This document shows, piece after piece, positions 36,893 to 52,200 of a stretch of 64,000 nt of DNA. A model generated the notes under the pieces. That model worked only from the letters and a program-made list of their open reading frames with translations, was not told where the DNA came from and made no database searches. How positions within the stretch are numbered: position 1 is the stretch's first letter; every line of letters begins with the position of its first letter. The translations under genes and the position numbers were made by a program. Source of the stretch: Eimeria praecox (taxonomy: Eukaryota); assembly GCA_963920595.1 (NCBI GenBank), contig OY986948.1, forward strand, positions 496,001-560,000, given 5' to 3'.

Positions 36893-38516
36893 TGATGAGC
36901 CGTTACTGCACTTACGGTATATTGCTGCTGCTTCGTCGTTACCCACACGAAACGCATCTGCCTCCCTGCGCAACATACCTTGCAAATGCTTTCCTCAATA
37001 TTGCGTTTTTTTTCTGGTGGCTAGCTTTTTTGTGATTCCTATACCGCCTGCGGTGGCCAGGCGTTGTTCATTGATTCTGCGGCCTACGCAGGCTCATTTT
37101 GCCCCATCTTCGGCGTCTCTCCCGTCAAAATCTTAACGGGTTTATTATTCACAGCTTTAAACGAAGAGCCAGTGGCCGCTGGTATAGCTAGCACACCAAC
37201 CCATTCAGGAGCTTCCGCCCGAACCTCAAGTTTTCCCAACTAGCAACTAGCATTTATGCTTTGTGCGTTGCATGGAAATCTAGGCCATAGGGCCCACCTC
37301 CAGAGGGTCGTAGGTCTCAGAAGGGCTAGTAGGGAGTCAACTACAGTAATCGTGCAGCTGCTTGCGTACTATTACGGAGCATGCGTATTGTTATGGATCA
37401 TACATACACGTATAGGCTTGAGTATACACAGATGCAGCAAAGCAGACGACCTTCCCTGCGACCCAATACCAGCAAATCGGCGGGCACATTGTTGCATAAA
37501 CGCAATGCGAGTTTGTTGTAAACACGCAAACGCTCACTGTCAGGGCTGCTGCTCTTGCTGTCTAACCCCTGCAGCCGCTGCAGCAAGTGCCCGCTGGTCC
37601 TTTTGCCCGAATCCTTGCTACTGTAAAGCAAAAATCAGAGGCGGCCCAAGGCCCGCCCACGAAGCTGGGGTTGCCATAAACAGTTCGCTTGCGGCAGTGC
37701 TGTCGTCCTGCAGCCAAGGAATGAGCACATACGGACTCTCAGCACACCCCAGAGGTGAAAAGGAAGCGACAAGCGGCAGCGAATACTGCCACTGCTCAGC
37801 ACCCGTCGTGCGTCTGCATAACGCCACAATAGCTGTATGGAAGACGGTTGCTGTAGAGAATATGGAGGTTATTCAGCCTGCCTCCTGTTGTTACGGAGAT
37901 CCCAGGAGAAGCTGCAGGTTATGATTTTGCCGCTACAGCCCAAGCGCCGCTCATGAACGGCAGCAAGCTGGGTGAACCGGAACCTCTGTTGAATGATTTT
38001 GCTGCAGCAGAAGGCTGCAGTGAGCTGCTTGCAAGCAGCAGCTCCTGAAAACAGTTCTACCTCTCTCCGCTGCAGCAAGAGGGGCAAGCACGCCCTCCCT
38101 GTTTCTGAAGGAGGCATTTTGAAGGATGGGCGCAAGCATCAGCAGCTTCTGCTGTTTGCTTCTGCCATTCAGCATCAAGCCTGCCACCAGCACCAGCACC
38201 ACGATGATCCGAAGCACCGCCAACAATAACGGTAAGCAGGAGGGAGGTGGGGCGAGCGCGGCAACACGAGCAGCAAGACTAAAGAGCTGTCTCGCTAGCA
38301 CCTGCAGCTGCGCCAGCCGAACGTCTAGCAGTGGCAGCACCGGCATCCTCTGCGCAATACGAGCGCCCAGCAACAGGTTCCATCAGGGACCCGGCGTACA
38401 AGGCAACAGCTGCGACTCTAAACTGCTGCAGCCCACTCCAGGCGGTGGCCCCCTCAGGAACCCTTCCTCAAATCTCTGAGGTCGCCTGAAGCAACTGCCG
38501 ACGCTTCCTGTTGTCT

Positions 38517-41500
38517 CTACAGAGGAGGAATGCTTGCAGCGCCTGCAGATAATCAAAAGTAGCAGCAAGTGGATGCACGAGACAACAAAGGAATTTCCTG
38601 CATACTCTGTTCACTCTGATGTCTGGTAACTACGGCATACTGCCACACACACGCACAACACCGCTTGCCAAGCGAAAAAAAGGAAAGACTGGCACTTGTC
38701 GTAGACTGTTGCATGCTCTCGCTCCTGCATAACTGTGTGCTTCAAATTGCAGGCACACCCAAAACAAGCCTAATGCTTCCGAGAACTAACCAAAGGTCTG
38801 ATGTGACGGGGTGCAGTTGGACGCAGGAGGCATCAGGGCCAATCCTCCCATTCCTGGAAGCATCGTCATGGGCTGCATACTGTAGTCCGGTACATAATCA
38901 TTGGGGGCGCTCTGCTGCAGCTGTTGCTGTTGCTGCTGCTGTTTGTCCAGCTGGTCGAGTCGCGTGTTCACGTCGCGCACTACCTGTTGCGCAAATCATA
39001 GTAGGTAGATCATGGAAACATCGTTAAACATAGTGCGCAATCTCCCTGCCTCAACAACTACCTAGCTGTCGTTCTCTAGTTACCAGGACACTCTTACGTG
39101 AATAAGATACGGCATGATAAAGTCCACCACTTTGTGGCGCCAGGCCAACTCAAGTGCCACGTCCGGCTTCACAAGGTCACAGCAACTGTGAAGGCAGGCA
39201 GCGAACGCCTCCGGGTCCTTCAATTCCGTTAAGAAGTACCTGCAGGGGCGAGAGTCAGCAACGCATTCAAGCTAGTTCGGATTAGAAGCGGCGTAACGTA
39301 GTCTAGTGGTTCCTCGCGAGTAACCTAGCACAAGGTTCATTCACGTTTATTTACGTTAAGTAAATAAACAGCCCAGTCAACGCAACCACCGTTCGGCTTA
39401 AACCTGCATTACCCTGTGTCGACTGATGTTCGGCAGCTTTAACCGAGTATGGCGCAGCTACAGGTCCACGCGCTAGGCAAACAGAACATGAACAGTAAAC
39501 AAGCTGCCGGCTTACTTGAGCAGATCTTCCACCAGCTGGGCACTGCCTGACTCCTTCGCGGTTTCTATGCAGTCTTGGAGCTGCGCGTCTTTCTTGGAAA
39601 GTTCCATTGCCAAGGAGTATTTCTTGTTCTTCTGATAGAGGAGAGCTGCAATCCTGAAGCCACAGCATCTCGACGTGCGCAGAAGCTGAATAGGCTGACT
39701 CAGCGAGAGTTGGCTCTGCGTGCAGTTATTGTTCACTAACGCCTGCCGTTATTCCATCTCCAACATGCTCAGGGTTAAAATTTTAAAGGGTTTGAGCATG
39801 CTGTTCTGATTCCCCCGCCAGCATGCATTGTGAAACTGAAAAGACCCCACACTTTACGAGCAAAGCTTCAGACAATCTGACCAGCCAAGGCATCTCTGCC
39901 ACACACTCGCCACTACACCTTCAGCCGTAGATCCCAAGACCCAGATGAAGGCACCGGGGACTAACCTGCGCAAGCCAAGTTCGTTGTGCCCCTCCAGCTG
40001 CTTCGCCAAGCCCAACTGGTCGAAATTATCACATTCGGAGATGAGCTCTCGAATGCGTTCCTCGTCCTGGGCCTCTACAAGGAGTTCTAACATGGCTTCG
40101 TTGACTGCTGCGACATTTAACGGGAGCTGTTCTTGCAGATACTTTTCTATCAAGGGAAGATGCCCCGCCTTCCGCAGTTGCTGCACTACCCTCGAGTGGT
40201 CCACCTTCCTGTCTATGCCCTTAAGCAGCGCACACAGCTGCAACGGGTGTTCTTCCAAGTAGAAAGAAATCGCACGGTACAGAAGCTCCACGTTCGAGAC
40301 TTTCTGTACGACCTGCGGCATCAGTACACCGAGACTAATACCCCACAAAGGTCAGTAGCTCGCCTCGCTATTCCCGCCTCCCTTATTCTTGGTGGCAATG
40401 ACTTCTGAACCCGTGCACGACCCCTTCGGCTTCTCTGTGACAAGTGCAGCTTGGGCTTCAATATCCCGCCGCCGTGTATTTGAAGACTGTAGCCCGTAGA
40501 TGCATAAGAGCAGAATACGACAAACCTGAATGAACTGGTCATGCTGCCACGCCGTGGGATGGAGAATCATGCAGTTCGCGGCTTGCTCGTACTCGTCGTA
40601 GATAGTGTGTAGATAGACCGCCTCCTTCCAAAGACAGCACTTCTCGCAGGTTCGAATGAGTCGAGGGATATTCATACGCGCCTTGTGCTGCTTGCAGTGA
40701 TCCATAAGCTTGGTGCTGTCATAGGTCGCATACAGCACTCCCAGCTCAGTGAACAACCCCACGTGAGTCCGTTCGCCTTGAGCTCCTGTTTCCTGAAAGC
40801 GTGCAGCCAGAAAAAACTGGCCGTACCGGTTAGGCATTGTGTGCCATGGCATCGTCTCTGTCAAGTCCTGTCTCCAATCATGATCTGCAACTCACCAGGA
40901 GCTCCATGAGCTGCTTATGCAGGCCCCATCTTTCGTATTCCTCAACCAAAGCGTCGAGCAGGTCAGGGTGGGCAATCAGCTGGAGCCCAGCGGTGTGAGC
41001 ACACTTTATGTCTCCGTTATTCAAGGCCCCAAAGGCCACCTCCTTCCACGTCTTGGGGTTCTTTGCCTTTCGCGCGGCATCCACAGCCGCCCCAAAGTCC
41101 TTCATCCGTACAAAGCAGCTCGCCAGTTTGCTATAATTAGGCAGACTCTGGTACAAGATCTTTGCAGCCTGAGGAAAAGAAAAACGAGCAGGGTAGGCAC
41201 GACTTCCAGCATCTCCCATTCCTTTGGGTTATACACGACAAGCAAGGATCAAGGTATCTTCCTTTCTGTTTGCAATCAAGCAGCAGGGTGTTGGGGGATC
41301 CGAAATAATGTTTGAACCTGCCGATTGCTGCTCCCAGAACACGTACTTCGTAGCGGCCTTGCTCGAAAAGCCTGTCTCCAACGGCCTGAACATTCGCTGT
41401 GTTGGGCCCGTTGAGGAACATCTCTAAGTCCTCGAGTCTTTCGGTCATAGCGTAGGAGTAGAGCAACTCCGAGTCCAGAGTCTGGTCCTTGATGGTGATG

Positions 41501-44500
41501 CTTTTGCGCGCCATGAGCAGGTAGTCTGCCAAAGCTTCAAAGGCGCCTTGCTCAGTTGCTTTCTCAACAACCTCCCTGAACACTTCGCCGTCATTGGCCT
41601 TAACCAAAGAATCCACAGCCTCGACCACACGGCCCTGTCGCAGCTGTGCTCTCCCCAGCTTTCGCCAGACCTCCGCATTGCCGCAGCGCTGAGCGAATTC
41701 TTGGGCTCTTTCGAGTTCCTGTTCGCCCCCCCCAGCAGCAGCTTCCAGCAATGTGTCTGCGGCCTCCGCCAGCAACCCAAACTTTCTGTAGATCGTTAGC
41801 GCCTCCTCTCGCAGGCCGTTTTCCAGGGCCACTTGCGCAATTGCTGCGCCGTCGAAGTTCTGTAGCCGATTGATGTATCCCATGACGCGTGAAGGTTCTG
41901 CTTTGATAGCTGTTAAAATAAGTAGGTTTTGCAAGTTTTGGTTCGAGCTGAAATCGCTGTTGTGCAGCACAATCTTCTCCAGAAGCTCCGTCAATTCTTG
42001 CGGCAGCTGTGCGCTGATGAAGGCATTGACAGCTGCAGACACCTCATCTGCAGATGATGACTCAGGAAGGGCTGAAGACACCACTTGGTCTATCACCGAT
42101 CGCCGATAATTATTCTCAGGCCTCAAAACGTAGGCCCACAGCTCCGCGCACTGACGCTCCACAAGGTATCTGCATGCATTCAGGACAGGCAAAGCGCAAG
42201 TAATAAATCCATGCGTCATTCCTTCACTGCATGCGCATACGCAGGATACAAACCGACAACTTACCGGGCTTGGAGACGGAACAGGCCATTCTTGTTGGTA
42301 AGCTCCACCAGCTGCGTGTCGCAAGGCCCCCAGGCTCTCTTGTACGCAATGAACGCCAAATGTGGGTCCCTTTCTTCGCAGTACTTCCCCACTTCCATCG
42401 AATCATAAAATGCATTCGTCTTCAAAAAGTTCTCCGCATCGCTGAGGGCAACAGATACGAAAGGGAAATGTTCGATTTCTCCTAACAGCAAATAACTAAT
42501 CTTTAAGCGTTTTTAAAAGCGCACTTATGCGCCTCGCCAGAGATTCCTCCCACCCGTCAGCAACTACAGCGGAGCAATGGGCACCGCAACAGTTAGTTTG
42601 TCATTCAGCGGTATTAACAGGCACTATCTTGCCCGGAAGGCAGGCACATTCCGAAGTTGAGGAAAAGTGCGGAACATTTTCGCTTTCGCTGCCATGGCTG
42701 TGCAACTTTACAGAGTCTACGCAGCTCGCCACCTTCAAGCGGCGCCTTACCGGTTTGTGTCGATGAATATCTTGGCCAGGGCATTGTGAACTGCTGGGTC
42801 CTGGTTGCCCTCCGCCACGCGCTGCTCAAGCCACTGCAGCAAGAGCCTCAGCCTGTTTCTCTTCTCGACCTCCTCTACAAGCTGGGAGGCGCTGCAGTTA
42901 CCGCGGACCGCCTGCAGCAGCTGCTTAATGAAGTCCTCAGGGGCATCAAGATCCACAAGCGCCCCCACCACCATCGGGGCGTTCGCCGAATTCACGCGGG
43001 AGACATACACCTCAATGTAACGCAGCAAGGAGTGCTTGTACAGGTACTCGGTAAGCTCGACAACAAAGCCGTGCAGATCGCACACGTAGATCAAAGGCCT
43101 TGGGTCGCTAAGGTTCGCTTGCTGCAAAAGCCCGCAAAAAGAGAGCAGCACAATTCACAAGCAGCCTACATGCTGAGAAAGGGAGAGGGCTTGTGCTCCT
43201 CGGGCTCCACACTCGTGTGATGCGGACATCTAACCGCCTTTGCTGCGTCTACCGGCAAAAGAGAAGGCTTGTATGGGGTGAAACGCCAGAGTCTATCAAT
43301 GTGGGGTATGCGTCTACATCTGCCTGCATTCTTCATAATGAACCTCGGAGACGACCACCTAAACCCTAGACAGGGAATGCATGCAGAACTGACCTTGAGG
43401 AACTCCTTGACGCGCTGGGGCTCGTAATGCTTGCTTTCTCTGCAGACGCGTTCGACCTCCTGGGTGTGGTTGAGTTTCGCTGCCGCCTCGATGTACTTGA
43501 AGTGGACCTCTGGATCTGTGGAGAAGGCGAGGATGGAACCTAAAAAGTAGAAGATGCCTTCGTAGCTGCTGAAACGCTCAAACATGGCGATTAGACGCTC
43601 CGTACCAAGCTTTTCGTGGAACTTGATGGCCACGCCCACTACGGCCTGAAGGTTCTGAGATGAAGAGCGCAGCATATCGGTTAAGATCTCCACACAGACC
43701 TCAGGAGCCATGCGGCCAAAGAATTGCACCATCCACTCCTGCGATATCTTGCCTCCTGTTTGCAAAAGCACGCGCTTCACGTCTGCCAGCTCTGTGTAGT
43801 TCTCCAGGGCGCGCTGGTACAGCCCCGCTGCCTCACACAACGCCCCCACTTTCTGCCGGTCGTAGTGGGTCAGCATTTCCATTTGGAATATGGCCTCAGC
43901 AACTTGCGGAGAATGCTTCAGGTTGATTTCAAACAGCCGCGTCTGAAGGGGCCCTTGCTCCGGCTTATTCCCCTTGAGGTACTCCAGCAATAAGGAAGAA
44001 AGCTCTTGAAATCGCTGTTGCTGCAACAGCACATCCACCACTTGATTGGGGTCTACAAGCGGCGGTTCTGTAGCAAGCAACTTTTGAGCAAAAGCCATGG
44101 CGCCCTCCGGGTTGGTAGCCAGCATAGTGCGCAGCAACGCGGAGTAGTCCGCCTGCATGCGAGTCTGCGCTGCATACTCCAGCAACTCATCAGTCTTGCC
44201 TTGCTCCACCAGCATGAGCATAACCTTCTGGCCAGCCTTTGCCTTTTTGTACACCTGAGTGGCGAGCGCTGAATCCAGAGGCCTTAGGACATCCCCCAGC
44301 TCCTCAGTACACTCCAGCTTGTCTTCTCGCAGCCAAGTCGTAACGAAATCCTTCCTTCCCTGGGCCACGACCGGCCGTACCAGTTCCAAACTCTCCACTG
44401 CATTCAAAGACCCGTATTCCAGGAGAGTTGAGAAGTACAGCAAGATGGCCGATGTCTGTCCCGGTTGTGCAGGAACACTCTTAAACTGCTGCAGCACTTG

Positions 44501-46225
44501 TGGAGTCCGCAATCGCCCCGACTTGAGCGTGGCGCAGATACGCGCAGCTCCCCGGTAGTCTCCGCTGGCAAAGTGTTGATTGAAGGCCTGCATTCATGCC
44601 ACACGCATGCGGTTAACGCGGAAGAGGATTATCTTCGAGCTCCAGAGGAGTTCAGACCTATTCCCTCAAAACGCTAGCACCAAGTAGCATGGATTGGAGT
44701 GGAGCCAGCGGGCCAAAAACAGGGTGGAGGAGGTACCGGTGCGACCATCCGCTAAGACAGTGCGTGCGAAACAAGGATGAGGCACATGTGCGGCACATGC
44801 ATGCGCACCTGGACAAGAGCGTCATCAGCTCCCGGAAGGCCGTAGCGTTTCGCCAGACTCAGGTATATTTGAGCCCTGTTTGGAAGGTGGGGCAATGCAT
44901 GTTGCATGTAGGGGCCCAAGAGACCCACGCTGACGGTAGTAAGTGCCACGACACCCTTCTTGTGGACGGTGATGACACCTCCTGTTTGGGGAGAATCTGC
45001 AGTAAGGAATACGGGGTCCTGCGAAATGCGGTGTCTTAGCAGCTGCGTGCCTGTGAAGGCATCGAAGAGCAGGAGGAAGCCACCCTTCGTGACCAAGAAC
45101 ACGAGACCGAGCTTCTTGCTGAGATGGACAGCGAGCGGGAAATCCGAAGGCGCATCTGGAGAGAGGGAGATGTCTGTACAGACCCGAAGAGGCGGTTTGC
45201 CGTCTTCCCTCTTGGGTGCCAAGTCCCTGACGTGAAGTTTGAACTCGGGGCTTCCTCTCTTTTTCTCAGCGAAGCAAATGACAGGCTGAGGACCCTGCGC
45301 CTCGTCTACCACCAGCCCTCCAAAGCAGGCCGCATGCCCCTCAAGCTGCTGATGCTTCTTCAGCTCCATAGAATACAGCTGCAGGGAGCCATCAATCGTC
45401 TTGCCTCCGTCCTGCGTGCTGATACCTGTGAGGACGCACCACTTCATCTCTTTGTCCGTGGAGTAGCCGATGATCTGCACACCTTCTGCCAGTCGGCCTT
45501 CTCTCTCACAGATCTTCTGAGGCTCCCCCGCCTCAGCCCCCTCCCCTAACGTCCAGTGCCAGACAGCCTTGTCTGTGACTAAGGCGAGCACACGGGGAGC
45601 CACCCACCGCCAGTATACCACAGATTCTGACATAGGGGCCGTGCCCATTCGGGCTTTCGTCTCTAAGTTCAGCACCTGCACAACTTGCTGTCCGCCATCT
45701 GCCTTAGCCCGCAAAGCAACGATGGGATCCGTTGGGTGGTGCAGCGCCGCCTCCGCCTGTGTTGGCTTCTTAGACACAGAATAGGCACCTGGGCTCCCCG
45801 GGGCCTCCAACGCCTCCTTGGGGTTCAGCGACACAAAATACAGCTCGTTACTCTCCACGTCGCGCACAACCAAATGCTTATCGCCGTCCACTGCCACATT
45901 GCCAAACCGAAAAGAGGCGCTCTTCACCCCCGTGTCTGCCAGCTGCAACCGCAAACACAAACAAGCACACTCTTGTAAATGACTATCTGCACCCCCAAAA
46001 CATCGTAGCAAAACCCCTTGACAGGCACAATCGTTCGCAGCTTCATTAAGAAACTGTAAACCTAAGAAATCCACTTCCCATCGAGGCGCAGAAAGAAGCG
46101 CACTAGATCTGCCTGGCGCTCATTGAAGGGCAAGCAAAGGCCACATCAAGCGCATGCAAATGTGGAGACTCGTGAGGCCTTACGTTGACAATTGGGGTGA
46201 GCTGTACAGGCAGCTGCTGCGCCAT
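38517..46225 (-). CDS. CHC1: Clathrin heavy chain (~1700 aa, 12-13 exons)
   Basis: Exons 46225-46184, 45942-44809, 44587-43394, 43121-42751, 42441-42265, 42169-41347, 41168-40896, 40792-40526, 40312-39966, 39653-39516, 39239-39098, 38983-38791 and probably 38542-38517 (otherwise stop at 38786). All are phase-consistent GT-AG. Hallmarks include [65 protein letters not shown] and [10 protein letters not shown]. Confidence 0.98.
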
Positions 46226-49200
46226 CTTGTAAAAATACGCTCAAAAACAAAACAGATGCAGGAGTCAGCTGCAGACCACACACGCACAAGCCACACACAT
46301 CCTGCCCCTCAAGCAGCACGAACTCCCGTCCCCCCCGTTCTCTGACGAGCCTCCGGAAGTCCCATATGTAAGTAAGACACCGTTAGCCTTGAAGTGCATT
46401 GCAAGGGCTTTCAATGCAGCAGGCGAATGCTGTCCGCCTGCCCCTGTCTAAAATGTCATTTGGCTTTAGCCGGTGGGGCTGCTCCCTGAGTTGTTCTAGC
46501 TGGAGAGGCTCCTAAGCTGCGTCTCAGCACAGCCTCAGCACAAGAGTTGAATACAGGGCCCATCCAGAAGTGAGAGGAAGCATAAAAACCTCCTAGGGCC
46601 GCTCACGAGCGGGTCCTTAGGGGCTGTCGCTGCCGTGTCTAGGCCAAACGAGTGCTTCCAGCGAGGGACGGACGCCACCAGAGCTCTTAAAAACGAACGC
46701 AGGAGTGTACCTGGCTGCAGGGAAGCCAATACTCACTCTTCAACGCAGCCTGTTAGGCGGCGAGGCGCCGGGAGGAACCGGAGGACGGCCTGTAGTGCCT
46801 GGCACTACAGTGTGCCTGGAATTTTGGGAAGAGAGTCAGAAACACAATAGAAAGATGAAATAAGACATAATTGGGCCTACTTGTCCCCCTCTAGAGGAAT
46901 TAGCTTGAGCCTAGTGCCAACAAGGCACACGTGACAGTGTTTGGGGCTGGATGAGACTGCGTGTATGGCGCGGGATTGCGTTTGAAAGAGCAATTTCTTC
47001 ACATTCAAATTAAAAATGGACGACTCTTTTAAGTCATGTTCCGTGTCTTTTCACATGTGGCGAGATTTGGAGTGTATTTGGTGCCTGCACCTGGAGGTGT
47101 CCGATGCTGAGGTTGCTCCCGTGCGAGACGGACGTGTTTCTGTGAATGTTACACTTACTCAGAATAAATCTGCATGTGGTAGTATTCTTCAGTCTGCCGC
47201 CAGCATAGGAGCGGAGGTTCCCAGCTTGACTTCCTCCTCTGCAGCAACCACGTATATGTCGGAAGCCTGGCCTTGCCGAGAGCCCGGAATGCCAGTTGCT
47301 CGGGCTCTATTGATTCAGCTTGTTTAGCGCCTTGCTTCTATAAAGTATCTTGGAAATGAACCGCTTTACTACTTCATCTGCTTAAAACTGACTGCAGCTC
47401 CCTTCTCATGGTATAGTGCTCACAGGGCAAGGTTGAGGCTTGCAGGGGCAAGATTGAGGCTTGCAGATTGCTATTCGTTAGTTCCATATTGGCGGTGTGG
47501 TTGTCAATATTTGTTGGTAATCTTTTGCATTCACATGAATTTGTTCCAGTTAAGCTTGTGTTTGCCCGCAAACTAACCCTCTGATTCACATACGCACAGC
47601 AGATCCCGTCTAGGACGGGAGACATCGGACGTCGCGGAGGAGAACCGTTAGCTGCAGTTCGCTCTACGTGGTCGAAACAAGTTATCCTCAAGTGCCTGTG
47701 CCCAGGACCTCAGTTTCCAGGCGTCCTGAGCGCCGTGGCTCGAAGGCCTGCAGTTTCCGGGGAGAGGAGTGGCCTCTCCTTAGTTGCAACACTCTTACCA
47801 GGCACTCCTGCTGCAACGAAACCCCTCATGGGATCCTAAAGAGGCCCCCTTTCTCATGCTTGCTTGCCAGCACTGCATGCAATTGCTAGACACTTTTTTG
47901 GCTGTCAGTACCCAATCTGGAAGTGGAAGTGCATGTAAAGACTCCGGGCAGCCTATAGGAAGAGTCTGTGGACAGTTGTAATACGGTCGAATTTTTAAAG
48001 AAGGAGTTAGCAAAAAGCATCTGATACCCACTCCAGCCCCCTGATATCCTATGCATAGCTGATGAAGGGGCTGGGTCTCATTGGGAGACCGGCAGGCCTG
48101 TCATGGGGGGAGACGTACCCTGGTGTACCTCTACACGCGTGCACAACCAGCCCTTCTGCTGCATGCGCAAACATTGCAGACTGTAGTGCAGAGAGCCGTC
48201 AAACCGTTGATTTGCCCTTCATAGCCAGCCTGCAAGTAGGGCGAGACAGGAGTGCCAGAACTGCGAGTTCCCCCTCACTCCCCTTAATGAAACCCGCCGT
48301 CGTGTGGGTGGCTGCCCAAGTAAGGATGGATACATCAATGGAGAGGGATGTTGATATAGGGGCCAAACCTTGGACACACAAAAAAAGAGGGAAAAATGCA
48401 AAAGGAGGGCCACGAGCGGCATTTGCCGCTGTCTTTTCTCTTTGTTCTATTGCTGCTAAGCTAACTTGTTCTGTTGCAGCGGAGCAAGCCAAATCTCTTG
48501 CGGCCGGTGCCGTGGGCATTAGCCATCTAACGCTACACTTGCCTCGCGTTCTGTTGTGAGCCTTACAGTGTGGGCAACCCAATACAATAAAAGCATGCAG
48601 TGTACCACCGCCAAAGCGGAGCATCAGTGACCAGAAGCCCAGTCAGCCCCCAAAGGGGGGCTGTAGAATGACTTGTCTAAAGGCGGTGGGTGTATTTTTA
48701 TTTCCGTCTCATTTACCTGCTCAGGTCCATGCAAGAGTTTTACAGCTGTTCATAGCTTTAGTGCAAGCATCGAAAGGGTGCTAGATGCACATGTTTCTGA
48801 GTTTGCCTTGCAGCAGGACCGGCAGCAAGATAGACTGCATCTGCCGACGTGTCGCCTCCTCTCGCATTGGCCCCAGGCGTTTGGGCCTTTCTGCCCGGGC
48901 TGCCGGAGGGTAGGAGGGGAGATCAGCTGCTCTTCTAGAAGCCTTCCCGTAAGACTTTACCCTGCAAAAGCACACTGCAGGCGACCTTCGTTACAGGAGC
49001 CCAATTCCCCTCCCCTCAAGAAAATCGATGAAAGGATTGAGATTGACGGTGGGTCCGCCTACTAGCCAGAAGTGGAAGGAGGTGCGTAGATCACATCAGA
49101 AGAATAATTAGCCCAGGAAAGCGCGCCTATATGAAGATATAAGGCACTGTGCACAGGTGAAAGAGCAACTGAGAACAAGCGACGCGGCCCAGAGTCACGC

Positions 49201-52200
49201 CCTGCACTGAGCGCGCGACTGTGAAGCTGCCCCCGCCGAATCGTGTAAGGATCGTTTCTGGTCCTGAGAAATTGATTAGCACAAGGTCCTCAAAACCTCA
49301 GCAGGGCCGTCGTCCTCCTAGGCATTTAACATCTTTTTCCTCTTTTTGTGATTTCTGGAGGATGCATGCGTGTCAGCCTGTCAGCTTCCCTTAGTTGTTC
49401 CTTCTCATAATGGCGCTGATGCCTTTTTGTGGAGGTTGTCCGAAAAAAATTCGGTATTTTCCTGAACCAGCGATGGCGTTGTCAAGGAATCTCCACGTTG
49501 GGGTTAGAGGGCAAATTGAGCCTGACGCGTTTGCCCAAGAAGGGACAGCAAAGGACAATTTCGGCTGCTTGCCCCCTTCCTTTACAGCGAGCGTCAAAAA
49601 TCAGTCGAGCCGGATCAGAAGGTTCAAAAGTGGCTACCGACAATCGTTTGTTATAATTTGTTCCCTAAAATCCCCGAGCCTTATTAATACATAGCAGTGC
49701 ATCTGCATGCTCTGTGTGGAAGTCAGCAGCAACGGGCGTGTATGGCTGGCTCCCAGCAACCCCAGTGTGGGGTCACATATATATGCTTCAGTATAGACAG
49801 GGAAATCAGGAGAGGAGCGAATGGACGAGCACAGCGTCGTACCATAACCCCACTCCGCACAAGAAGTGCCATCGAGCAGGCATAATGAATTTTCTCGAGT
49901 ACTGAGTTGGAAATGCTGCAGAAGCGTTCGGTCGGTGCGTTCACTCTGATCTCCTGTTATAGACTGAATTCCGCTCTGCATGGTATAGGCCGCGTCATGA
50001 TTTAGCGCCAGACCGCTCTAAGAGACTTCAGGTCTCTCTGAGTAGTCATGCCTGTTGAAACGCCTTGGAGTTTCCTGAGGTGATAAACAAATAAAACAAA
50101 TTCCTTCTGCTGTCGCTGAAATCGAATTGGGGAGTAGGCTGATACGCACAAGTGCGTATGCAGCATGTGTTCTTTGGGCTTTACTTTTGATATTGTGGAC
50201 ATTCGGGGAAGCATTATTCGGTTAGCGAGTGCACCCTAAATCTCCAGAAGGGCCTGGTTGCAAGCTCCAAAGCTATGGTAACCCCAGAGAAGGTACAACG
50301 TACAATTAGTGTACTACACTCCTCTTCTAATATTGCAAGAGGTCGCCGTCTACGATGTAGTGCTGAGCCCGTATTCTGTTGTTGAGTGAAGCAAGAACTG
50401 CTGCGGGCGTATCTAACAAGCAAGGAAAACGCAGTTTGCACAGGAAACCGGGACCAACGCAAATACACGCAGTTGGGGAACAAAGCATCTGCCTGGCAAG
50501 GCATTGAGAAAGTACGAATGCAGGCAAACTGATGAAGCGGTTGATATATTTGATTGCGAAGCCGTATTGCGTGATCTGCGAAATTCACAGAGCAGCTCGT
50601 ACGTTGTCGAAGTCTTCAAAGCATTTTTATGTGTTCTCGGGATTGGTATCCAGCTTCAACAGTTAAATTCGGGCGTAAAAGCGTTGTCGGCTCCTTCTTA
50701 CACCCGACCGAACCGTGCCGAGCTCCTCCTCCCGTGCCGGGTGCTTCTGCTCCCTTACTGTGGAATCGCCTGAGTAAGGGGATGCCTTTTGGTGGTGTTT
50801 TTGGTGTGCGTTTGGCAAAAGGGTATAGCATACAGCTGCTGTTTCACTCTCTTTAGTTGTTTGGAAGAGATTTGTCGACATCAGGAATAGCAAGCATTGA
50901 AGACACTGCCAAGTGTTCGGTCAGGCCTATGGCAGGTTTTTCTTCACTTTGCATCCAAATAAGGTTTTTGTCCTTTTTGAGTTGATCCGTCAGAGGGGAG
51001 ACACTGCGAGCGACGACAGGGCTATAGGTGAGGCGATGCGGCATTACAGCGTGACACGGAGGAGCTTCTGAACATCAGTGCCGGCAGGCGACCACAGCTG
51101 AATTTCTTGTATCTTCGCAATATCGTGTTCAGCTCTAGCTACAGATTCAGGAATCCACAAAGGCTGCAAGAATAAGGGCAGCCCTCCTGTGCTTGACCCA
51201 GGTTCTCCAAGTGCCCCCTCACATTCCGGTTGAGCACAAGCAAATCATCCTTGCAAAAAGCAATTCACGCCACATCAAACTGACCTGCCTTACTACGAAT
51301 AGCCACTCGCTGCAGATTGGCAGGTGCATTGACGGTCCCAAAGGGCATGCAGGTGGACCCTACTATGTGAGTGCCCGCGTAGCATGCAGTCTTGTGCCTA
51401 CAGTTCGGGTGTATGGAGTATATAGGAACGTATTGGCGAAGTGAAATCCCGAGTGCTCTGCTTTACTCCGCAACCCAACGGTACGGTCCGCTTTCCAAGT
51501 CGCCGGAAAAGCTTGTTTCCCCTCAATTTTGTTGAAGGGTTTGAAGCCCTCGCTTATTGGCCACCTGTTGTCTTCGTTTTCCGCCAGCGCCGTATCGTGT
51601 ATGAAAACGCTAAATGGCTGCTGAACTTTCCTAGCATTTCTTCTGTTTGCTGCGCGTATTTTTTTCAACATGTGGAGATGCTCTCTACTTTGGAACAAAG
51701 CTTGGTTTGTTCTGGGAGCCAGTTCATAGCTATGCATTGGGCGTCCAGCGGGTGCTGTTGGGAAGGCAGAAACGTGTACCATCCCAGTGATTTCTGGCAC
51801 ACTGATTTCAGTGGTGCATTTTGAGTGCTGTATTCGCGCCCCCCACTGAGTGGGCCACGAGTAAGCTTATACTATGGCGAATTGGTCCATGCGAAAATCC
51901 CGTATCATGGCACTTCTGAATTGAGACCAGAGTTTACGTTCCTGCTTTTACATATCGTGTTTTGCTTGATATCCGCGAGATGCATTCGGAGAGACTGCGC
52001 CAATGCAAGAACATGCAGATATGTTGTGCGTCCTTGTCGCAGCTTGACATATCAGAACTGCTTGGCTGCGTGTGTCAAGCAGCATTTGTAACTCCTGGCC
52101 ATTAATAAGGGCATGGACGACAACAGAGTTGAATTATAGCAGACCTGAAGGGGCGGCTTTCACAGGCTCTGGCCCCATCGCTGCGTCTCTCGTTGCGTAT

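Noticed and set aside
37256..38480. Short ORFs downstream of clathrin
   Set aside because: They have no domain signal and are probably convergent 3' UTR sequence.
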